Virus record (IMG/VR): IMGVR_UViG_3300027898_000008
Span: 1-62,604 of that record
DNA from: a virus
Taxonomy: Duplodnaviria > Caudoviricetes
Reading direction: 5' to 3' (one strand)
DNA: 62,604 nucleotides
Both the position numbers and the translations under genes were made by a program. Every line of letters starts with the position of its first letter. Within the stretch, counting starts at the first letter, position 1. The notes below the pieces were generated by a model, which saw only the letters and a list, made by a program, of their open reading frames with translations, was not told the origin of the DNA and made no database searches. Shown here piece after piece: positions 15,348 to 25,057 of this stretch.

Positions 15348-16890
15348 CTCAGCCCCAGGCGTTAACATCAACATCCTAAATGCCGCTACCACTCCGGCAA
15401 GCCAGTCTTCTACTTCGAACTGGTTTGTTCTTGGAATGGCAGCTGGACCAGCCGGTGTTGCTGTTCCTATCAAGTCGATGTCTGACTTCACCAACTACTT
15501 TGGCCAGATCATCAATGGTGGTCTTACTGGTCGTTACACACTTAACGCTACTGTTGACTCAACCCTTCTTTACGACTCCCTTGACGTGTTCTTCCGCGAA
15601 GGTGGATCATCTGCTTGGGTTTCTCGAGTGCAGCCTACTTCGAGCGGTGTAGCCGCTACTTCCACCACAACCGGTGGTAAGTTCTTGTTGACCGCTACTG
15701 GTAAGGGAACATGGGCCAACTCGTCTATCGCTTCTGCAGCCGGTCTTATCCTTACCCTAACCGCTTCTACCGTTGGTGCCGTTACTGTGCAGACGGCTGT
15801 ACTCGCTTACAACGGTGTCACTTTGGCTACCACGTCAGGGATTGTTACCGACACTGACGTTGTTAACTGGATCAACTCGCTTCCCGGCTACCAGTCAATG
15901 TGTGTAGCTTCTTCGCAGGCCGGTACAACTGTTTTGCCTGCTTCGGGCTCTTCAGTTTCGGTTTATTTGACTGGTGGCACAGACGTTGCTGTTGCTGACG
16001 CCGACTCTGCTCCCGCCCTTGCTGTCTTTACCGACACCTTTGGCCCCGGTCAGGTTTCGTACCCCGGTGTCACCACTTCGACAGTGTACACCAATCTTGC
16101 TAACCACTGCCAGACCTTTGGCCGTGTTGCATTCTTGGACGGTGCCAACACCCCGACAGCCAACACTTTGCTGACTGCATCTTCAACCTTACAGACCTCA
16201 GCTACCGACTCGTCATACGCAGCGTTCTTCGCTCCTTGGCTGATTGTTCCGGGTTATGTCAACACCAACCCTGCTGTTCTTACCAGCACTGTTTTCAACC
16301 GTACCGTTCCCCCTTGCGCTCTTGCCGCCGCTCTTGTTTCGGTCTCTGACCAGAACAACGACTGCAACGTCCCTGCAGCTGGTACAACTCACGGTGCTTC
16401 AAAGTACGCCATCAACTTGACACAGAGCTACATCGTGTCAGACCGTGCCAACTTGAACAACGCTGGTATCAATGTTATCCGTAACGTACCTAACGTCAAC
16501 GTCATCGCTCTCTACGGTTTCCGCTCAGCTTCGTACTTGCCTCTGTGGGCCAACTTGGCTAACGTTCGTTTCCGTATGCAGATGACTCGTGACCTCGATG
16601 CAATTGGCGAGCAGTTCGTCTTCAACGAGATCGATGGTAAGGGGCAGATCTTTGCCGCTTTCAACGGTTCGCTTGCTGGCCAGCTTCAGTCTTACTGGCT
16701 GCGCGGTTCGCTGTACGGTCTGAACCCCGAGAACTCGTTCAACGTTGTTACAGACGGTACCGTCAACACACCTACGACCATCGCCGCTGGACAGCTTAAC
16801 GCCAGCATCAACGTTCGTATGTCGCCGTTCGCTGAGTTCGTGACAATCAACATCACGAAGTACCTTGCCAACGTCAACATCCCCGTTTAA
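15340..16890 (+). CDS. Contractile tail sheath protein
   Basis: APGVNI N-terminus; FFREGG; YAAFFAPW; VPP; LNNAGINVI; FVFNEID; PFAEFVTINI. Confidence 0.93.
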   Translation: MANSAPGVNINILNAATTPASQSSTSNWFVLGMAAGPAGVAVPIKSMSDFTNYFGQIINGGLTGRYTLNATVDSTLLYDSLDVFFREGGSSAWVSRVQPTSSGVAATSTTTGGKFLLTATGKGTWANSSIASAAGLILTLTASTVGAVTVQTAVLAYNGVTLATTSGIVTDTDVVNWINSLPGYQSMCVASSQAGTTVLPASGSSVSVYLTGGTDVAVADADSAPALAVFTDTFGPGQVSYPGVTTSTVYTNLANHCQTFGRVAFLDGANTPTANTLLTASSTLQTSATDSSYAAFFAPWLIVPGYVNTNPAVLTSTVFNRTVPPCALAAALVSVSDQNNDCNVPAAGTTHGASKYAINLTQSYIVSDRANLNNAGINVIRNVPNVNVIALYGFRSASYLPLWANLANVRFRMQMTRDLDAIGEQFVFNEIDGKGQIFAAFNGSLAGQLQSYWLRGSLYGLNPENSFNVVTDGTVNTPTTIAAGQLNASINVRMSPFAEFVTINITKYLANVNIPV

Positions 16891-16926
16891 TTAACCCACT
16901 TTTTCTGAATCTTTAAGGAGATTTCA

Positions 16927-17361
16927 ATGGCTACAGACACAAACTTTAGTACCTATGGTGGCGAGCAGCAGTGGCTTGCGTCACTCAACGTTAACGGCGT
17001 TGACTACGGCAACTTCGACAAGTTCAGCGGTGGCGATGCAGTTGCGTCGGTATCTAAGTTCCGTCCTGCTGGTATGGGTCCTGAGCGTACTTACTTGGCT
17101 TTGCCGGTATTCGCTAACATCACACTCACCAAGGCGTTTGTCCAGACCGACTACGCCATCCAGAACACACTTCGTAACTTGGTAGGGGCAGCACAGGCAA
17201 CTGTGAAGATCACTCCCTTGAATGACGCTGGAAAGCCTTGGGGTACACCGCGTACTTACACCGGGCGCATCGAAGCCGTCAAGGACGGTAACACCGACTC
17301 AACATCAAATGCTGTCCGTACTTGGATGGTTGACGTTGTTGTGGAGACTGTTGCCAACTAA
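16927..17361 (+). CDS. Tail tube protein
   Basis: Follows sheath; FDKFSGG...NITLTK; 144 aa. Confidence 0.85.
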   Translation: MATDTNFSTYGGEQQWLASLNVNGVDYGNFDKFSGGDAVASVSKFRPAGMGPERTYLALPVFANITLTKAFVQTDYAIQNTLRNLVGAAQATVKITPLNDAGKPWGTPRTYTGRIEAVKDGNTDSTSNAVRTWMVDVVVETVAN

Positions 17362-17388
17362 TCGCAGTAACAAAACCATTGGAGGAAT

Positions 17389-17967
17389 ATGGTAGATTTC
17401 AAAATTGAAGGTGACATTGACACGTCTGAAGACGAAAACACTTGGGCAGCTGTAGCCCCCAATGTGGAAACGCTATCAGCTCCATCAGAGCAGACTGTCT
17501 CAACACCCCTTCGTTCACTAAAGGATCGTCGTACGCAGATCGTTACTGACCTGTACACCGACTTGCGCGTTCCCCGTTGGGAGAACCCTCAGATCTTTGT
17601 TCGCTTCAACCCCATCAACACGACGAAGATGAATGCTAGCCTCAAGCAGCGTTCTAACTCCAAGGTTGCTGACTGGCCGTTGCGTGCAAACACTGACGTG
17701 CTTGTTGATTCGTGCATCGGCATCTACGCTGTCTACGAAGACGACCCTGAAGTGAAGCTTTCACTCCGCGATGGTGACTCACACGGCTCATGGACCAAGT
17801 TTGACCCAGACCTTTGCGATGCCCTTGGCATCAATCCCGGTGACAAGGATCAGACCGTTCAGGCAGTCAAGGGTCTCTACTTCACCGATGGCGACATTGT
17901 TGATGCAGCAGAGCGTTTGCTCCGTTTCTCAAACATCTCGAACGACGAGGCTGACGGGCTTTTTTAG
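17389..17967 (+). CDS. Tail assembly chaperone (gpG-like)
   Basis: Between tube and tape measure; ends in slippery GGGCTTTTTTAG. Confidence 0.8.
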   Translation: MVDFKIEGDIDTSEDENTWAAVAPNVETLSAPSEQTVSTPLRSLKDRRTQIVTDLYTDLRVPRWENPQIFVRFNPINTTKMNASLKQRSNSKVADWPLRANTDVLVDSCIGIYAVYEDDPEVKLSLRDGDSHGSWTKFDPDLCDALGINPGDKDQTVQAVKGLYFTDGDIVDAAERLLRFSNISNDEADGLF

Positions 17968-18191
17968 AAGGCCTGAAGGATGATCCATACATTGAGCAAG
18001 CGGCGTACGCTTTAACTCAAGGCATGGACCCCATCGAGTTCTTGAGCCAGCAGCGTGACGATCATCTAATCCGTCTGGCCATCCTTCAGAAGGCCATCGA
18101 CATCGACGGAAAGAAAACCATTGATGAAATCGATCTTCTGTCCAAGAAGGTTGGTTTTGAAACCGCACGCATCTTGTCCAAGATGTTCTAA
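17964..18191 (+). CDS. Tail assembly chaperone -1 frameshift extension (gpT-like)
   Basis: Open -1 frame LEGLKDDPYIEQAAYALTQGMDPIEFL...SKMF* begins at the T6 run. Confidence 0.75.
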   Translation, partial: LEGLKDDPYIEQAAYALTQGMDPIEFLSQQRDDHLIRLAILQKAIDIDGKKTIDEIDLLSKKVGFETARILSKMF

Positions 18192-18221
18192 CCACTCCGT
18201 CTCACAATCTCAGGCGGCAAA

Positions 18222-18259
18222 GAGACCGCTGCTCCTTCTGGGGTGGCGGTCTTTTTGTT
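18222..18259 (+). terminator. Intrinsic terminator before tape measure
   Basis: GAGACCGCTGCTCC...GGGTGGCGGTCT hairpin followed by TTTTGTTT. Confidence 0.65.
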
Positions 18260-18269
18260 TAAGGAAAAC

Positions 18270-21200
18270 ATGACTGAAGAAATCATTGGCATTGGCGTAA
18301 ATGTAAACGGTGGTACCACCGCAGCCGGTGAGATCGGCAAAGTTGGTGACGCCCTTGGAGCAATGGGTGATAAGGCCATTGTTGCTGCTGATGGTCTTGA
18401 TAAAGTAGCAGCCGCCAACGACCGAGTTAGTGCCAGCATGAAGGTTGGCGGTCGTAACATCATTGTTATGCGAGACGCCGAAGACACGCTCAATGCAGTT
18501 ATGGGCAAGACAACCAGTGTCATGGATTCAGCTGCTGCCGCTACTGATCGATACTCTGCTGCAGCAGATACCGCCGCAGTTTCTGCAGAACGTCTGATGG
18601 CTTCGCAAGAGGCTATGGCTGCTAAGCAGGCTGAGATCGCTATCAACACTCAGGTGGCTAACGACGCTCTTGGTAAGACCTACGTTGGTATGAGCAAGCT
18701 CGAGCAGCTCGGCACGCCAGCAATCATGAAAGCTGCTACTTGGAGTATCCTTGGTGTCGGCGGTGTCGCCTATGAGGGCATCAAGCAGTACATGAACTTC
18801 AACAAACTGATCACGCAGACTATCACACAGGCCGGTGTGTCTCCATCCAACATGGGTGCATTGACTACAATGGCCGAAACGATTTCTAAGATGACGGGTG
18901 TCAATCTTAACGACGTGGCTAACAACATTTACCGTGTTGCGTCGGGTACAGCTTCTTGGAATGCTGGTCTCGGATCAACAATGAAGCAATTGCAAGACAT
19001 CACAACTTCTGTTACTAAGCTCCAGGTATTGGGTAACGTTCCGGCTGGTGCCGCATCAGAACAAGCGGCTCGAGTTATTACAGCTCTTGTCAACTCAAAC
19101 ATTGTTGGCGTTGGAAACAGTTCAGATAAAGCTGCTGCTTTGATTAACGCTGCCGTTGGTTCTGGTGACATGCGCCTTGCGGACCTTGTGCCGGGTATTG
19201 GTCGCGGTGTTCTTCAGTCAGCTAAAGCTAACGGTGTAAGCGCCAAGGACATGCTTGCATGGATCGCTTTGCAGACTTCTATGGGTACTACAGCTAGCGT
19301 TGCCGGTAACTACGTTAAGACCGGTATCAACCTTCTCGCCAACCCGTCTGCACAGGGTGTTCTTGCTGAGTCCATGATTGGTATCAAGCCTGGTGAGATG
19401 CAAGGCATCATCGCTGGTCCTGGTGGGCTGCAAGCCGCTGTATCTGTTTTCAACGAAGCCGTCAAAAAGCTTACAATTTCATCTAACTTTGTTGGTTACC
19501 GAACAAGCACTGGTAACGCGCGCGCTGGTGGAACTGGTGAAGCCGCAGCCCTTAACAAGCTTCAGACATGGATGGTTGGCGAGATGCCTGCTGTTGTTCT
19601 GAAGCAGTGGGAGCACGGTGGAAGCGCCGCTTCTGGTGGATTGACCCCAGCCAACCTCCAGTGGATCACTGACTTGATTATGACCAAAGCTTTCGGTGGA
19701 TCAAAGCAATTCGCTACCATGGCCGCTATCTTGAAGAACCCTCAATTGCTTGCGGGTATCGAAACGTCTATCGGGAACAAGAGCAGTGTCGCGTCGATGA
19801 ACGCTGCATATGCTATTGCGTCTAACACTCCATCACAGAGATTCCACAAAGACCTAGCAGCAATTCAGGTTGACCTTGTTAACGCTGGAAAAGCTTTGTA
19901 CCCGGCGACCATAAAACTGGTCGATGGATTTACATGGCTATTCAGTCACATCACTTCTTGGAAGCCAGCTCTTCTTGAAATAGGCGCTGCCATGACCGCT
20001 GTCGTAGCAGTTGCTGCTGCAGTGAAGATCTCTCAGCTCGGTACTGGCGCAATGGCGATGTATGGTGGGCTTTTGACAAAAATGAATCCCAGCGGCACGT
20101 CTGGTGGATATTTCCGTGCAGCGTATCAAGCTAAGACTGCTGGTACGATTGCTGACCTAGGTGCAGCGATTCGTGCCACGGGTGCAGAAGAGACCATCGC
20201 AATCAAAGACGGAGATGCTGGGATTACTGGTGCGGTTCGGGAAGGCGCAACTGAGACTGTAGATGCACTTCGTGGAGTGCAAGCAACTCTTGCTGAAGGA
20301 CTTGGTGTAAGAAACGTTGGTAGTCTTACTGGTGCAGCTAGCAAAATCCAATCAACTGGAATTATGGGTAATGGCGAAAACATTGCAGGATTTAATAAAG
20401 GGCTTGCAGACCTTAACAAAAATGGTGCTGGCATTTTGCCAATGCCTGTCCAAGCAGGTGAGTACGGGCCACGGTCTCCCGCCCAAAGACTCTGGATGGA
20501 AAACAAAGCTACAGCTGCAATGATGGCTAGTGCGCCCGGCAGCGCTGCGTTCCAAGCTGAAATGGCAGCACGCAATTCGGGGGTTTTGGGAGCACGAGAT
20601 CTTCAAAACACTTTTGTTCCTCCTTTCGTGATTCCAGAAGCAGCTGCAACAGAAGCAACTACGATAGCCAAAACTGGGAGCAGCGTTCTCTCTGGAATTA
20701 AAGGCCTCGGCGTAGGCGCTCTTGGCCTTGTTGGTGGACCTATCGGACTAGCAATGATCGCTTCAACCGTTCTGCCGCTTGCTGTACCTTTCATGATGAA
20801 GGGTATCAGCGCTATGAGCCACTGGTTCGGCGGGGCACAAAATGCAAACTCCATAGCCCTTAGTTCCATATCTCACCCTCTCGTTCAAACTGCTTCACAA
20901 TATACTTCAACTATTGATTCTTACAAAAAGCAAATTGCTCAATTAAATAATCAAGGGTACAACCCATTAACTGCAACTGCAGCTGAGACAGCGCAATGGC
21001 AGAATTTGCATATGAAACTTAACACCGCTCAAGGTGGCCTTGCTGGACTGAACCCAGCACAGCAAATGGCTCAAATCAAAAATGCATGGGCTATCTCTAA
21101 CAACGCAGGGATTGCTAACCTTCTTTCCGACACAGCCGCTGGCGGTCAATACAACTTTGGCAAGTCATTCAACATGTCTCTTAATTCTATGCCTGCATAC

Positions 21201-21947
21201 ATGATGGGAAGCATTATGAGCGGTTTGAGCGGTGATGTGAATGCCCTTGGCAACATTCCAGGTGCAAAACAACTTCGTGAAGAAATTGCAGGAGCAACAG
21301 GAAAAGGTAAAAACTACATTTCATTGAGTGGTTTGACACCTGGACAACTGACAACGAAAATTAATGCTCAAGTTGCGGCCCTACTTTCTAGCAACCAAGG
21401 ACTTCTTGCAACACCCGAAGGCCAAGCTGCTTTGGTAGGCAACAAAGTTGTAAAAGATTACGCTGGATATATCGCTGCTCAAGGGACAATTTCAACTCAA
21501 GCAAACTATGGAAACCTTGCACAGTCTTTGACTCTTAGCGGTCTTAACAACTCTAATAGTGCTCAAAGAGAAATGTCGGCACAAAACATTGCTGCAAAAC
21601 TTGTTGGTCTTGCCCAATCAGATTTGATTCGAGCAGGGCAACAAGGGTCAGACGCTGGCGCTAGAAATCTGTATCTTGCTGCGTCTAAAAAGGCCGCAGC
21701 CGAAGCGATAGCATTTGAGCAACTTCACACAGAAATGATCAATAAACTTGATGGTCAAAAGATTGACAAGGGTAGCATAAAAGCGTTGGCTTTGGAAATC
21801 ACTAATCAACAGCGTCAACTCTACAAGGATCTAAAACTTACTGGTGGAGATATTGGCATGGCCTTCTCAGCAGCTCTTGGTGTATCTGGTGCTACACTGG
21901 CAAAAATTGTCAACAACGCAAATGCAACTACTGGTGCAAGGAAATAA
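18270..21947 (+). CDS. Tape measure protein
   Basis: 1225 aa, Ala/Gly-rich helical protein after the chaperones; AAGGA RBS. Confidence 0.9.
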   Translation: MTEEIIGIGVNVNGGTTAAGEIGKVGDALGAMGDKAIVAADGLDKVAAANDRVSASMKVGGRNIIVMRDAEDTLNAVMGKTTSVMDSAAAATDRYSAAADTAAVSAERLMASQEAMAAKQAEIAINTQVANDALGKTYVGMSKLEQLGTPAIMKAATWSILGVGGVAYEGIKQYMNFNKLITQTITQAGVSPSNMGALTTMAETISKMTGVNLNDVANNIYRVASGTASWNAGLGSTMKQLQDITTSVTKLQVLGNVPAGAASEQAARVITALVNSNIVGVGNSSDKAAALINAAVGSGDMRLADLVPGIGRGVLQSAKANGVSAKDMLAWIALQTSMGTTASVAGNYVKTGINLLANPSAQGVLAESMIGIKPGEMQGIIAGPGGLQAAVSVFNEAVKKLTISSNFVGYRTSTGNARAGGTGEAAALNKLQTWMVGEMPAVVLKQWEHGGSAASGGLTPANLQWITDLIMTKAFGGSKQFATMAAILKNPQLLAGIETSIGNKSSVASMNAAYAIASNTPSQRFHKDLAAIQVDLVNAGKALYPATIKLVDGFTWLFSHITSWKPALLEIGAAMTAVVAVAAAVKISQLGTGAMAMYGGLLTKMNPSGTSGGYFRAAYQAKTAGTIADLGAAIRATGAEETIAIKDGDAGITGAVREGATETVDALRGVQATLAEGLGVRNVGSLTGAASKIQSTGIMGNGENIAGFNKGLADLNKNGAGILPMPVQAGEYGPRSPAQRLWMENKATAAMMASAPGSAAFQAEMAARNSGVLGARDLQNTFVPPFVIPEAAATEATTIAKTGSSVLSGIKGLGVGALGLVGGPIGLAMIASTVLPLAVPFMMKGISAMSHWFGGAQNANSIALSSISHPLVQTASQYTSTIDSYKKQIAQLNNQGYNPLTATAAETAQWQNLHMKLNTAQGGLAGLNPAQQMAQIKNAWAISNNAGIANLLSDTAAGGQYNFGKSFNMSLNSMPAYMMGSIMSGLSGDVNALGNIPGAKQLREEIAGATGKGKNYISLSGLTPGQLTTKINAQVAALLSSNQGLLATPEGQAALVGNKVVKDYAGYIAAQGTISTQANYGNLAQSLTLSGLNNSNSAQREMSAQNIAAKLVGLAQSDLIRAGQQGSDAGARNLYLAASKKAAAEAIAFEQLHTEMINKLDGQKIDKGSIKALALEITNQQRQLYKDLKLTGGDIGMAFSAALGVSGATLAKIVNNANATTGARK

Positions 21948-21951
21948 GTAA

Positions 21952-22734
21952 ATGTCTAAATCGATTACTCACGACAAATCGCTTCTTGTTCTTACGCCTT
22001 CTTCACCAAATGGGTCATATCGTCCCGTTATTTTGGGAATTGCTGGCGATCCTACTTTTAGCCAAGCTGGTGGTTCGGGTGGATGGCAGATTGTAGAACG
22101 CCCAAAGCAAATTGCCGCTACGCAATGGTATGACCGTGCGCCATTTCAGATCTCGATTCCATGCATCATTGACCCTACAGCAACGCTGTCACCCTACAGA
22201 CCTGATGACGATATTCGTGAAATGCTGTCGTGGCTCAGTGCGCCGAGCATTAGCTCCAACGTCATCCAGCCTCCAACTATTAAGATAAGTGGTCCCGTTT
22301 TGGGAACTGATCTGACTTGGGTTGCTTATTCTATATCCATGGACGCGGCTTTGCGTGCGGGTACAAATGGATTTGTTGAGTATGGTCGCCGCAACAAAGT
22401 TATTGGTCAGACCTATTCACCTGGCGCTGTAATGCAACAGCACACTACAGTGGTACTTTACGAATACAATCCACCATTTCCTTCTTCAACTAACACTTCT
22501 TCTCCCGCCCAAGTTGCGCGTCGTAATCTAAAGACAGCCTCTACTCGTTCCTATGTAGTCAAGGCGAATGACACATTAGCTCAAATTGCAGCGCAGCAAA
22601 TGGGCAAAGCTAGCACATCAAACGAACAAGCAATAATTGATGCAAACGCTGGAGACAAAACTCTTAGCTTACGTAGCCCCAATCAGATTCTTTCTTCTCT
22701 GGTAGGAAGAACAATTAAGATCCCGGTAGCTTAA
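21952..22734 (+). CDS. Tail tube initiator with LysM domain
   Basis: GGWQIVERPK N-terminal motif; C-terminal YVVKANDTLAQIAAQ...IKIP LysM. Confidence 0.8.
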   Translation: MSKSITHDKSLLVLTPSSPNGSYRPVILGIAGDPTFSQAGGSGGWQIVERPKQIAATQWYDRAPFQISIPCIIDPTATLSPYRPDDDIREMLSWLSAPSISSNVIQPPTIKISGPVLGTDLTWVAYSISMDAALRAGTNGFVEYGRRNKVIGQTYSPGAVMQQHTTVVLYEYNPPFPSSTNTSSPAQVARRNLKTASTRSYVVKANDTLAQIAAQQMGKASTSNEQAIIDANAGDKTLSLRSPNQILSSLVGRTIKIPVA

Positions 22735-22735
22735 C

Positions 22736-23863
22736 GTGTTTGGTACAAGCATACCAGCGACTAACAAGTCTGCCACATCTTCAACAATAATTAAAACTGA
22801 ACCTCCGGGGGCAACTGGAGTATCACCAGCGGGTGCTTATCCTGTTACTGGTTTTGGGCAATGGGGATTGCAGGATTTGCGATTTGTTAATCCAACAACT
22901 CGAGAAGAAACTGTATTGACAACGGATTATCGTGAAGCAATTACGGACATCATTTACGAAAAGAATATGAGTGGCGTTACAACTCTTACCCTTCAAGCAA
23001 ATGACCCTAACCGTACTTTGTTAAAGAACCTTGTAGCTCAAGGAACGGAAATAACTTTGAACGATGGCGGGCAAAAGATCCGCTTCTCCCTGAGTCAGTA
23101 CACCAAGGCCTCCGATCAGGTCCAAATGGCTTTTGAATCTAGCACTGTTTATAGACTTCGCAATCAACGCAACTCAACTGGAACAGTAACAACAACGGTA
23201 AGTACGGGCGTAACAGAATTTGTAGCCAGCCTCGTCTACGCTTTGAATTACAACAACTCTCCTTATGAAACGGTTGGATTTGTTGGTCCTGACTACGCAA
23301 CGATTTGGAGCGAGTTGACTGGAAACGCCGGTAAGGCGATTGTCAAAGTTGGTTTAGGTCGCGGAACAACAACAGACCCTTTCGAAGATTCGTGGACATG
23401 CATGAGCCGCATCGCATCATCTGTTGGCTGGCGTTTATGGGAGAACAACAACACTGTTTACTTTGGCCCTGATGAATATTGGCTGGGTATCCTTAATAAG
23501 AACCCTCAAGGATTATCTGTTCCTCCAATCAATTCGATCATGGGTACGCTGTCGCCAATTCCTGTGATGCAAGAGTTTGGTACCGACATCATGCTTATTG
23601 ACTTCGACTGGGATGTACAGAAGCCCTACGCGCAAGGTACTGTTACCTGCATGTTGGAGAACTGGAAATATGACATCGGTGAGATAGTGCAGACAGTTGG
23701 GCTCGGACCAGCTAACGGTGATTGGATTGTGTACAGCATCCAGCGTGACTTGTTCTCTCCGCAAGCCACTATGACTCTTCAAGTGCCTATGCCGTTCGCA
23801 TCTGTGTATGATCCTAATTCCTTGCCTTTGCAACCATTCCCACTAATAACAAAGTTGGCCTAA
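22736..23863 (+). CDS. Baseplate hub protein
   Basis: Position; EDSWTCMSRIASSVGWRLWE...VYFG; GDWIVYSI. Confidence 0.75.
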   Translation: MFGTSIPATNKSATSSTIIKTEPPGATGVSPAGAYPVTGFGQWGLQDLRFVNPTTREETVLTTDYREAITDIIYEKNMSGVTTLTLQANDPNRTLLKNLVAQGTEITLNDGGQKIRFSLSQYTKASDQVQMAFESSTVYRLRNQRNSTGTVTTTVSTGVTEFVASLVYALNYNNSPYETVGFVGPDYATIWSELTGNAGKAIVKVGLGRGTTTDPFEDSWTCMSRIASSVGWRLWENNNTVYFGPDEYWLGILNKNPQGLSVPPINSIMGTLSPIPVMQEFGTDIMLIDFDWDVQKPYAQGTVTCMLENWKYDIGEIVQTVGLGPANGDWIVYSIQRDLFSPQATMTLQVPMPFASVYDPNSLPLQPFPLITKLA

Positions 23864-23864
23864 T

Positions 23865-24281
23865 ATGGGTAGAAGTCAATCTTCTAGCACACGATTTCAA
23901 GAAGATTCCAACATCCTTTATCACCACTTGGTGGACGCGGAACAAATCAAAGGGATATATTACGGCACTGTCTTGCAGACTGACGTAAGTATTGCCTTGG
24001 GCGCAGGTTCCCCAATACCCACTGGCACCATGACCATCAGTATTCCCAACTTGGGTAACAACCACGTATCTGACCCTATCCCTTATCCTTCTAGGGTAGC
24101 TCCTGCTCTTGGATCTCAAGTTGCTGTTGGTTTCGATTCAAGAAACAACCCTATCGTTTTAGCAATCTATGGTGGAGTTGTGGGTGCCAGCGGAACCGTA
24201 ACACTTGCTTCTTTAGGTCTTCACACAGGTTCTCTTACTTTCGTTAACGGTTTGATCACCGCGTTTACCGCCCCAGCTTAA
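23865..24281 (+). CDS. Baseplate spike (gpV-like OB-fold) protein
   Basis: GIYYGTV...PALGSQVAVGF...PIVLA. Confidence 0.7.
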   Translation: MGRSQSSSTRFQEDSNILYHHLVDAEQIKGIYYGTVLQTDVSIALGAGSPIPTGTMTISIPNLGNNHVSDPIPYPSRVAPALGSQVAVGFDSRNNPIVLAIYGGVVGASGTVTLASLGLHTGSLTFVNGLITAFTAPA

Positions 24282-24340
24282 ACCCTTGCTTTTCTGAGAT
24301 TATCTGCTATCATTATGACTAGATTGGACTTTTAACACTC

Positions 24341-25057
24341 ATGACACAACCAATCTCTAATCTCGTAGCCACATGGATACCCGGAACTGGCATACAGCTC
24401 ACGTGGACACCAGCCCCGGATGACTCTAATGTTTCACACTACGAAATTTATGCTCTTGAAAACGTTCTGTCGTACACCCCTTCTTGGAACTTGATCGGAA
24501 CTTCTTTACCGCTGACTACTGCTAGTGGATATGCTAGCAACAGCCAAGCAACTGCAACAATCGGCGTCTATCCTCCGGCATCTTCATTTGTTGTACCTCT
24601 TTCCACTATGGCAACTTTGTTCGCTTCAGGTGGCGTGGCTCCGACATCGTTGGCTTTCAGCGTCATTCATCGCATCGATGCCAGCAATGTTGCCAGCACG
24701 GCTGTTAGCGTTTCCGCTTTTCAGCAGCCAAAGAATCAGGCCTTTGGTGCCCCGCATCTTACAAACAACATCGCTTTAGATCCATTTGGTCAATTTACAA
24801 CCACTGCTCAAGATTCATATTCTGAAATAGCTAATTCTGTTGGAATGTTTTTAGGAACGATCAAAGGTCAAAGAACCGTTGTCCCCAACTATGGTGTTGA
24901 TGATATGCCGCTTAATCAATTGGACGTAACTCAAATTCAAAGCGATCTGAATAAGGCTGAAGACAGAGCTAACGCTCTTGTTGATGTTACATACGACGCT
25001 TACAACAATGCGACCCTCAGCGTACGGGTACAAGCCGGTCAGGGAGGCATACAATAA
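24341..25057 (+). CDS. Baseplate wedge protein (gp25-like C-terminus, FN3-like N-terminus)
   Basis: LTWTPAPDDSNVSHYEIY; QDSYSEIANSV...GQRTVVPNYGV. Confidence 0.72.
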   Translation: MTQPISNLVATWIPGTGIQLTWTPAPDDSNVSHYEIYALENVLSYTPSWNLIGTSLPLTTASGYASNSQATATIGVYPPASSFVVPLSTMATLFASGGVAPTSLAFSVIHRIDASNVASTAVSVSAFQQPKNQAFGAPHLTNNIALDPFGQFTTTAQDSYSEIANSVGMFLGTIKGQRTVVPNYGVDDMPLNQLDVTQIQSDLNKAEDRANALVDVTYDAYNNATLSVRVQAGQGGIQ

